Source: Octopus sinensis (lineage: Eukaryota). Taken from it: a DNA stretch of 9,238 nucleotides. The DNA is taken from contig NW_021828023.1 of assembly GCF_006345805.1 (NCBI RefSeq), positions 1 through 9,238 on the forward strand. The letters are read 5' to 3'. Within the stretch, counting starts at the first letter, position 1; every line of letters begins with the position of its first letter. The position numbers and the translations under genes are program-made. Positions 1 to 7,306 of the stretch are shown here, piece after piece. Below the pieces are notes generated by a model. That model saw only the letters and a list, made by a program, of their open reading frames with translations. It was not told the origin of the DNA and did no database searches.

Positions 1-24
1 TAAATGTGGGTATTTACTTCCTGC

Positions 25-26
<2 letters not shown>

Positions 27-67
<41 letters not shown>
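27..67. repeat. (TG)20 microsatellite
   Basis: Perfect TG dinucleotide run read directly. Confidence 0.98.
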
Positions 68-71
<4 letters not shown>

Positions 72-268
72 GAATATCAATTACTGCAGTTTTTTAACAG
101 TACATCGAATTATCTTACGTAACATAGCGAATATCCCGTATCTGTCTGGTCTTCTCTCTCTCTCTTCGGATACATGCGAAGAGGAAAATGCGAAAACCGT
201 GCCAGCAGGAAAAAAAATTTGAGAGTGGAGATTGGAATTTGTTAAGAAACGATGGCGTGCTTTATTCG

Positions 269-295
269 CACACACACACACACACATATATATTA

Positions 296-345
<50 letters not shown>

Positions 346-449
346 ATATGTATAATATATATATACACACACAGACACAGACACATGCACACACACACAC
401 ACACAAGCACACACAGACGCAGACATATGCACACACACACACACACACA

Positions 450-489
<40 letters not shown>
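269..489. repeat. Compound microsatellite (CA)n-(TA)n-(TG)n-(TA)n-(CA)n
   Basis: Alternating dinucleotide tracts read directly; source of the HTHT/VCVC ORFs. Confidence 0.97.
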
Positions 490-538
490 TCGTATGTGAT
501 TGTGTGGATGTTTATGTTTCCATATGAATCTATGATAA

Positions 539-768
539 GGCGGCGAGCTGTCAGAAACGTCAGCACGCCGGGCGAAATGCGTAGCCGTATTTCGTCTGCC
601 GTTACGTTCTGAGTTCAAATTCCACCGAGGTCGACTTTGCCTTTCATCCTTTCGGGCTCGATAAATTAAGTACCAGTTACGCACTGGGGTCGATGTAATC
701 GACTTAATCCGTTTGTCTCCTTTGTTTGTCCCCTCTGTGTTTAGCCCCCTGTGGGTAGTAAAGAAATA
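539..768 (+). mobile_element. tRNA-derived SINE, family A (working name), near full length
   Basis: Head GGCGGCGAGCTGTCAGAA with Pol III B-box-like GAGTTCAAATTCC (611-623). The body is shared with copies at 772-934 and 6561-6650. A-rich tail AAAGAAATA. No TSD found. Confidence 0.9.
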
Positions 769-771
769 GAA

Positions 772-934
772 ATTTCGTCTGTCTTTACGTTCTGAGTTCA
801 ATTCCGCTGAGGTAGACTTCGCCTTTCATCCTTTCGGGGTTGATAAATTAAGTACCAGTTGCGTACTGGGGTCGATTTGATCGACTGCTCCCTCCCCAAA
901 ATTTCGGGCCTTGTACCTAGAGTAGAAAAGAATA
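772..934 (+). mobile_element. 5'-truncated SINE, family A body with a different 3' tail
   Basis: ATTTCGTCTG...TCGACT (772-886) aligns with 589-704. It then diverges into CTCCCTCCCCAAAATTTCGGGCCTTGTACCTAGAGTAGAAAAG instead of the tail of the first copy. Confidence 0.88.
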
Positions 935-942
935 TGAATTTA

Positions 943-1360
943 TGACTGTTTGGTAAGAAGTTTACTTCCCAGCCATATGGCTCTGAGTTCAATCCCACTG
1001 CGTGGTATCTTGGGAGTGAATTTAGTAAAAAATTTAGTAAAAACACCTGTCATACAAACACGCTCCCCCCCCCCCACACGTGTATATGTGTGTGTGTTTG
1101 TGCGTGTGTGCACGTGTGTGTGAGTTGTGTGTATGTATATATGTGTGCGTGTATGTGTCTTTGTGTCAGCGCTTTTCCTTCACTACCGCTTAACAACCGG
1201 TGTTGAAATGTTTACGCCACCGTGACCTAGCGGTTCAGCAAAAGTTACTGATAGAATAAGTACCAGGCTTCTAAAAAATACTGAGGTTAATTCATTCGAT
1301 TAAAATTCTTCAGGGCGGTGCCCCAGCATGACCGCAGTCTGTTGCCTGAAGCGAATAAGA
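943..1360 (+). mobile_element. Old, diverged SINE family B copy with internal deletion and expanded internal (TG)n
   Basis: 943-1030 aligns to the head of the 2249-2600 copy (TGGTAAG...GTTCAATCCCACTGCGTGG). 1185-1340 aligns to its 3' half (CCGCTTAACAACCG...GCGGTTCAGCAAAAG...ATAGAATAAGTAC). TG-rich linker at ~1080-1165. Confidence 0.8.
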
Positions 1361-1372
1361 TATTGAAGCATT

Positions 1373-1409
1373 ATGTATACATATGCAAGCATGCATACAT
1401 GTACACACA

Positions 1410-1449
<40 letters not shown>

Positions 1450-1860
1450 TTTATATACGTATGTATTCTTGCTAATATTCATCTATGTGTGTGTGTATGT
1501 GTGTGCAAAAATTTGTGGACACATGCGTACATGTGTGTGCGTGTATATACACACACAAATTCAAGAATACATGGCCACATGTGCGTACGTGCTTATGTGT
1601 TTGTGCATGTGTGTGTGTGTGTGTGAGCGCGCGTGCGTGTGTACACAAATTCATGAACGCATGCGCACATTTGCGTCCGTGTATATACACACAAATTCGT
1701 GAACGCATGCACACATGTGCGCGCGTGTGTGTGTGTGTCTGTATGTGTGTGTGTATGTATGTGTGTGTATGTGTGTGTGTGTGTGTGTGTGTATGTGTGC
1801 GTGTGTACGTGCGTATTTGTATGCGTGTGTGCGTGTGTGCATATGCGTGTTCGCGAGCGT
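1373..1860. repeat. Long degenerate CA/TG/CG simple-repeat block
   Basis: Alternating purine-pyrimidine sequence read directly. Confidence 0.95.
1508..1722 (+). repeat. Degenerate ~46-48-bp minisatellite, 4 units, embedded in the simple-repeat block
   Basis: Core CAAATTC(A/G)TGAAC(G/A)CATGC.CACAT.TGCG recurs at 1508, 1556, 1646 and 1692. Spacings are 48, 90 and 46; the 90 includes a (TG)n expansion. Confidence 0.7.
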
Positions 1861-2118
1861 GTATTATTCCTTTAATGTATACAACATGGCTTCCACTCCT
1901 GCCGTGTTCATTTTCTATAATTTTCCTGTCTGCGAATTGAAATACAATTCGCCGTGACGACAATATGGCGAAGTAATAACTTCCTGCTGATCTGCAGAAA
2001 ACCAGAAATATGGCTGTTTCTGAAGAACCATTTTAAGTTATTCATTTATTTTTCAGTGGGGCGATTGACTCACCGATGGAGATATGAGAGGAGGTGTACA
2101 TCTAGGCATGTATTTATT

Positions 2119-2232
2119 ATGTGTATGTGTGCGTATGGGGAGGGGGGTAACGACGCACACACACACACACACACGCACATATACCGACGCATACATGCAT
2201 ATATGTACGTATGCATATAATTACGTGTGTAC
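2119..2232. repeat. Degenerate TG/CA/TA simple repeat
   Basis: Read directly. Confidence 0.8.
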
Positions 2233-2248
2233 ATTTTAGCATATCACA

Positions 2249-2600
2249 GGCGTAGGAGCAGCTGTGTGGTAAGTAGCCTGCTTACCAACCACATGGTTCC
2301 GGGTTCAGTCCCACTGCGTGGCACCTTGGGCAAGTGTCTTCTACTATAGCCTCGGGCCGACCAAAGCCTTGTGAGTGGATTTGGTAGACAGAAACTGAAA
2401 GAAGCCTGTAGTATATATGAATGTGAGTATATGTTTGTGTGTCTGTGTTTGTCCCTCCCAACATCGCTTGACAACCGATGGTAGTGTGTTTATGTTCCCG
2501 TAACTTAGCGGTTCGGCAAAAGAGAACGATAGAATAAGTACTAGGCTTCCAAAGAATAAGTCCTGGGGTCGATTTGCTCGACTAAAGGCAGTGCTCAAGC
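2249..2600 (+). mobile_element. tRNA-derived SINE family B, least diverged copy, lacking the last ~30 bp
   Basis: A-box-like AGCTGTGTGGTAAG and B-box-like GGGTTCAGTCC (2301-2311), followed by CCTTGGGCAAGTGTCTTCTACTATAGC, a short internal TA/TG linker (~2413-2445) and the 3' half. Four other homologous copies occur in the window. Ends at a (CA)n tract. Confidence 0.93.
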
Positions 2601-2608
2601 GTTTGTAT

Positions 2609-2618
2609 ACACACACAT

Positions 2619-2672
<54 letters not shown>

Positions 2673-2693
2673 TATATATATATATATATATAT
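2609..2693. repeat. (AC)n-(TA)11 microsatellite
   Basis: Read directly. Confidence 0.97.
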
Positions 2694-2839
2694 GGATACT
2701 GTATGTAAAGTAATAACAATAAACATTAAAGAAAACATCACAGTAACAACGATGCTATTAGTTTAACGCTTTGGAGGAAAAACAGTGCTTTTACGTTTCG
2801 TACTTCTCTTCTTTATCGGAACAAAATGAGAGATTATGT

Positions 2840-3165
2840 GAAGTCGCATGGCTCAGTGATTAGAGCGTTGAGCTTACGATCGCGAGGTTGTGAGTTCAAA
2901 TCCCGGACCGGGCTGCGTGTTGTGTTCTTGAGCAAGACACTTTATTTCACGTACCTCCAGTACACTCAGCTGTAGAAATGAGTTGTGAGGTCATAGGTGC
3001 CAAGCTGTATCGGCCCCTTTGCCTTTCCCTTTGATAACACTGGTGGCGTGCAGCGGGGAGGCCAGTATGCATGGGCGACTGCTGGCCTTCCATAAACAAC
3101 CTTGCCCGGACTTGTGCCTGGGAGGGTAACTTTCTAGGTGCAATCCCATGGTCAGTGATGACCAG
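2840..3165 (+). mobile_element. tRNA-derived SINE family D with CORE-like central domain
   Basis: tRNA-like head with A box TGGCTCAGTGA (2849-2859) and B box AGTTCAAATCC (2893-2903). The following TGTGTTCTTGAGCAAGACACTT...CTCAGCTGTAGAAATGAG resembles the CORE domain of CORE-SINEs, compared from memory. Single copy here; the right end is approximate. Confidence 0.82.
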
Positions 3166-3194
3166 CAACTACTAGGAGAAAGAAACATAGAGAA

Positions 3195-3218
3195 ATACAT
3201 ACATGCATATATATATAT

Positions 3219-3250
<32 letters not shown>

Positions 3251-3304
3251 TGTATGTATGTATGTATGTGTATGTATGTATGTATGTATTGTATGCATGC
3301 ATAC

Positions 3305-3383
<79 letters not shown>

Positions 3384-3394
3384 CATATATATAT
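3195..3394. repeat. Compound (TATG)n-(CATA)n-(TA)n microsatellite
   Basis: Read directly; TATG and CATA tracts face each other across GTATGCATGCATAC (3291-3304). Confidence 0.97.
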
Positions 3395-3664
3395 GAGTCG
3401 GAGGGAGGCTGACAGAGAAACAACACCAAAATGTCTGATCTGTACATGATTGTATATGCACACATCACTTGCTCATCATTGTATACAACTCGCTTTTTCG
3501 GAAATCTGACGAACTCTCATGCTACACTCTCATTGATTGAAATCACAGCCGTTATCTTTTATTTAAATTTCGATTGAATAACTGCTAAAATGTTAGCACG
3601 AAACCTTCGGTATCAGACTAATGAATTTTATTAAACTATATATACATAAACACACACACAAACA

Positions 3665-3774
3665 CACATGGTTCAGTCCCACTGTGTGGCACCTTGGGCA
3701 AGTGTCTTCTACTATAGTCTCGGGCCGACCAAAGCCTTGTGAGTGGATTTGGTAAACGGAAACTGAAGAACGCC
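3665..3774 (+). mobile_element. SINE family B internal fragment
   Basis: Near-identical to 2290-2406 apart from a 7-bp deletion at GGTTC and a few substitutions. Confidence 0.92.
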
Positions 3775-3776
3775 AA

Positions 3777-3837
3777 GTGTCCAAGACCAGGTGAGACAAC
3801 TCACCACGAAGTGATCGGAAATTGTAGATACCAATAT
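3777..3837 (+). repeat. 61-bp dispersed direct repeat, copy 1
   Basis: 50/61 ungapped identity to 4107-4167 by manual alignment; flanks unrelated. Confidence 0.9.
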
Positions 3838-4106
3838 TTCGTCATCATTGTGGTTTGTAAATACGATATACACGGATCACCTCAAAATGAAGTGAATCAC
3901 TGGTCTGTGACTTATGTGCAAATATAGCCAAGTCTATTTGCTGATGTGCAGAGGCATAGAACATGTGAAAGGAAATTAAATTACGAATTAAAAGTAGATC
4001 TGGCAATATAAACATTATCAGTCGAACATACATGGTGTATGTGTTTTGCTGAAACGTTCATTTGCTGCGAGACAGCGCCAGTGGAAAGCTCCCTGTAAGC
4101 CGTCGT

Positions 4107-4167
4107 GTGTCCTAGACCAGGCGAGACAACTCAACCTGAAGTCATCGAGAATGGTAGATACTGATAT
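4107..4167 (+). repeat. 61-bp dispersed direct repeat, copy 2
   Basis: 50/61 ungapped identity to 3777-3837. Confidence 0.9.
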
Positions 4168-4330
4168 AGGTACATATGCTTAAATAATTACATATAAATG
4201 TGTGTGTGTGGGGGTGGGGAATGAGCCGAGAGAAATAATTTAGTGAGACCAATGGAATGTATTTGAATACAAAGAGTAATAAGGATATATTAAACAGCAT
4301 GCATGAGAAGCTCGTTTGGTATTGTTTTAG

Positions 4331-4378
4331 AGAGAGTAGAACAATCGCTTCCAGAGAGGGTAGAAGTATCGCTTGGTG
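4331..4378 (+). other. Candidate 48-nt cassette exon with internal 24-nt duplication
   Basis: Acceptor TTTGGTATTGTTTTAG| and donor GTG|GTAATT. Frame-preserving length, open as RVEQSLPERVEVSLG in phase 1-1. No homology evidence. Confidence 0.2.
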
Positions 4379-4526
4379 GTAATTGGTATCAACTTCAAAG
4401 GAGATAATTTCAAGAATCAAAAAGTGTATATGTCTAAATGTGAATATGTGAATGCGAATAAAACTCTGTAAAACTTTCCATAAGTTTATCATCTGAGTAT
4501 ATATGAGCATGTCTTGATATGTATAA

Positions 4527-4601
4527 TACATACATACATACATACATACATACATACATACATACATACATACATACATACATACATACATACATACATA
4601 C
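4527..4601. repeat. (TACA)18 tetranucleotide microsatellite
   Basis: Perfect array read directly. Confidence 0.98.
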
Positions 4602-4704
4602 CCTGTTATCCATGTTGAAATTCCAATGAAGGAACCTCGGATCTAGGTTAGAAACCGGTTCTTTCTCTATAGGCAAAAAATTTTGAAATAATACTGAATA
4701 ATGA
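4602..4704 (+). mobile_element. ~103-bp putative interspersed element embedded between (ACAT)n arrays
   Basis: Complex-sequence island bounded by perfect arrays on both sides. 4623-4656 has a diverged partial homologue at 4765-4798 (24/34 ungapped) right after the second array. The class is inferred. Confidence 0.5.
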
Positions 4705-4706
4705 CA

Positions 4707-4763
4707 CATACATACATACATACATACATACATACATACATACATACATACATACATACATAC
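4707..4763. repeat. (CATA)14 tetranucleotide microsatellite
   Basis: Perfect array read directly. Confidence 0.98.
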
Positions 4764-5143
4764 CCCAAACATGGAGCCTTGTTTCTTTGTTGGAAACCAA
4801 CTTCCTCCTCAGTGGAAGATTTATAATAATTAAAAAATAGAAGATACATATAAACGTACATACACACACAAATATATGTACGTATGAATGTACGTATGTA
4901 TATATGTAGTTGTTTTTCAGCAATCTAACGACACACGTGCTTTTCTTCGAACTATCTGCTTCTTCTTCTTTTTCTTCCTCTCTGGACTTTTTTCTCTTTC
5001 CGACGAAGAGCCATGCTCGAAACGTCATTTCCACTGCTATTTTTCCATATAAACCTTTCACTGAGTGTCAATCTAATACATTCACTGTATATGTCTAATT
5101 GACTTTTGTTGTTTTATTGTTTTTTTAACTATTTGATTTGCCT

Positions 5144-5545
5144 ACACACACACACGCTTACACATGCTCTCTCACACAAACACCCACAAACACACGCTCA
5201 CACACTCGCATACACATACTCACACATACATATAATCACACACATTCACACACACGTACATACACACACACGCATACATACACACTCCCACATGCACATA
5301 CACACACACTCTCACACTACACTCTTACACACACATACACACACACTCACACAGACACCCTCACACACTCACATACACATACTTACACACATACACACAC
5401 ATACTCTTACACACGCACATACACACACTCACATACACACACTCACATACACACACACACTCACACAGACACACACTCACACACACACACACACGCTCAC
5501 ACACGTACATACTCACACACACACACACATTCACACACACGCACA
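5144..5545. repeat. ~400-bp degenerate (CA)n tract with CT/TA interruptions
   Basis: Read directly; explains ORFs 5106-5558, 5138-5662 and 5361-5546. Confidence 0.95.
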
Positions 5546-5836
5546 TATGCTTGTATGAATGTATGTATTAAAGTGTGTTTTTGTGTGTGCGTATGTCTGT
5601 GTATGTTAGTTAGTGTATTGCATTTTCAAATTCTCTCTCAGAACAAAACCAAGCGACTTTAATAACAACACGAAGAATAATAACAGCAAGCCACATTGGT
5701 AACAACTGCAAAGCTACTGAAAAAGAATAAAAATTACAAAAACAGCGAATGAAAGATGGAGTCATGTTTTATTTAATACGTGTGCGCGTGTGCGTGCGTC
5801 GGTGTATTAATGGATGCACGCGTGACAATACGTATG

Positions 5837-5885
5837 CAACAACAACAACAACAACAACAACAACGATGATGATGATGATGATGAT
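5837..5885. repeat. (CAA)9-C-(GAT)7 compound trinucleotide repeat
   Basis: Read directly. Confidence 0.97.
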
Positions 5886-5955
5886 AATTAATGTAAAACC
5901 AACTACAGCAACAGTAAAAGGGAATGGGTAAAAAATGGAAGAAAAACACACGCAC

Positions 5956-5973
5956 ACCGGAAATTTGACGTCA
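5956..5973. promoter_or_regulatory. ETS-like site (ACCGGAAAT) adjacent to a perfect CRE palindrome (TGACGTCA)
   Basis: ACCGGAAAT at 5956-5964 and TGACGTCA at 5966-5973. Motif match only. Confidence 0.25.
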
Positions 5974-6097
5974 GTGTTAGTTTTGTAGCAGAAAGAAGCG
6001 TAATATTACGATCTATTAGCTTCCACTTGACTAAGTTATATAATGTTCTGTCGCTTTCTGTCGTCTGTTCTTTGTGTTTTATATTCTCGGCAACTAG

Positions 6098-6264
6098 TCT
6101 CTCTCTCTATCTCTCTCCCTCTCTCTCTCTCATTCTTCTCTCTGTCACTCCTCTCCCTCGCCCCCTCTCCGTGACCTCTCTCTCTCGTCCTCTCCTTTTG
6201 TATGTATGTATGTATGTATGTATGTATGTATGTATGTATGTATGTATGTATGTATGTATGTATG
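6098..6264. repeat. Degenerate (TC)n followed by (TATG)16
   Basis: TC-rich 6098-6195; perfect TATG array 6201-6264. Confidence 0.96.
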
Positions 6265-6354
6265 CATGTAAGTGTGAGTGTGTGTATGTGCATCTTTAAA
6301 TGTTAATATATAATGTATTAATACATATCAAAATATAAAATGAATTTATTGGGG

Positions 6355-6530
6355 TATATATATATATATATAAAACCCCACACACATACACATATATATA
6401 TACATGTTCATAGACAAACACAGATCCCACACATACGCGCACGCACACACACATACGCACACGCACACACACATACGCACACGCATACATGCACACACAT
6501 ATACATATGCACACGCACATACAAACATAT
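6355..6530. repeat. Degenerate TA/CA/CG simple-repeat block
   Basis: Read directly. Confidence 0.9.
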
Positions 6531-6560
6531 GAAGATATGAATACACAAACACATAATGCA

Positions 6561-6650
6561 AAATGGCGGTATTTATCCCGACACTTTATCTTCTGAGTTT
6601 AAATCCCTCCTAAGTCGACTTTGCTTTTATCTTGTAGTGGGGATTTAAAA
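6561..6650 (+). mobile_element. Decayed SINE family A fragment
   Basis: GCGGTATTT...TTCTGAGTTTAAATCCCTCCTAAGTCGACTTTGCTTTTATC aligns with ~583-650. Confidence 0.75.
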
Positions 6651-6721
6651 CCAAATCTCTAGATATACGATCACGCATCACGAGCGAACCACAGTAGCTT
6701 CCCGTGATCGGTCTATTAAAC

Positions 6722-6789
6722 AGCCAATCAGCGCCAATCCATCGCGTATTTCAATTTTCTAGAATTTTCTTTTTGTGCCTTATATAAAG
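6722..6789 (+). promoter_or_regulatory. Tandem CCAAT boxes plus TATA box
   Basis: AGCCAATCAG (6722-6731, NF-Y consensus), CCAAT (6734-6738) and TATATAAAG (6781-6789), in canonical spacing within CpG-rich sequence. Confidence 0.4.
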
Positions 6790-7132
6790 CTTCTTTTAAC
6801 GCCAAAAGTTTAAATAGGGTTTTGAGACCGACTTATTCGCATATCTCTTACCAACGCAGAACGCTGAGTCAGTCGTGCAATACGTGCCTCCATTCTTCCT
6901 ACATCAGATAGTTTCAGATATTTGTACAGACATCTCCAAGTTTTTGAATAGACTGAACTAAACATTCACATAATGTCTTTTAAGTAACTTCTTCGAACGC
7001 CGCATGGTTTTTCTTGCCCTCCAATTATTGTTGTTATTTGTAAAAGACCAACACAGTTAAAATTCTGACCAATAATGAAATCTGTTAATTGTTCGCGAGT
7101 GTTGTTAGTAAATTCTTCACGCTGCCCGAGAA

Positions 7133-7188
7133 ATTTTAATTTCGCTCACTCAACAGTTACTATTTTAACTTCCTCACTCAACAGTTAC
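7133..7188 (+). repeat. ~28-bp tandem duplication
   Basis: ATTTTAATTTCGCTCACTCAACAGTTAC / ATTTTAACTTCCTCACTCAACAGTTAC; the 16-bp core CTCACTCAACAGTTAC is identical (7145-7160, 7173-7188). Confidence 0.9.
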
Positions 7189-7260
7189 CATAACAGCATT
7201 TGAAGAAACGCCAAACACGCTCGGGACAATCGTTTAAGGACCGTTAAATGAGAGTATCAA

Positions 7261-7306
7261 ACAATGGCGGAACTTCCGGTTATTTGTGACCACGCTGATG
7301 ACCAAT
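7261..7306. promoter_or_regulatory. YY1-like + ETS + CCAAT motif cluster (TSS-like)
   Basis: ACAATGGCGG (7261-7270), ACTTCCGGT (7272-7280, i.e. ACCGGAAGT on minus) and CCAAT (7302-7306). Motif match only. Confidence 0.4.

Noticed and set aside
1019-1043. 12-bp tandem duplication AATTTAGTAAAA x2
   Set aside because: A local slippage event inside the decayed SINE B copy.
2057-2109. Plus-strand acceptor TTTATTTTTCAG and minus-strand donor CG|GTGAGT
   Set aside because: No matching strong partner site and no recognisable peptide in either orientation.
2840-2912. tRNA-like sequences here and at 2249-2315 and 8365-8435 as real tRNA genes
   Set aside because: Acceptor and anticodon stems do not pair properly and each runs straight into a SINE body; they are SINE heads.
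4990-5040. SDEEPCSKRHFHC resembling an LDL-receptor class A junction
   Set aside because: Only one of the two expected junction cysteines is present, and the frame stops four codons later without the CI/W/CDG motifs.
4648-5061. Minus-strand 137-aa ORF with KRKKSREEEKEEEADSSKK
   Set aside because: The charged stretch is the complement of a TC-rich tract, and the frame continues through (TATG)n repeats; no convincing splice sites or domain.
6085-6098. CTCGGCAACTAGT as a Helitron 3' end
   Set aside because: CTAG-T is present, but there is no upstream hairpin and no 5' terminus.
6560-6570. AAAATGGCGG as a YY1 site
   Set aside because: Explained as the decayed start of a SINE A fragment.
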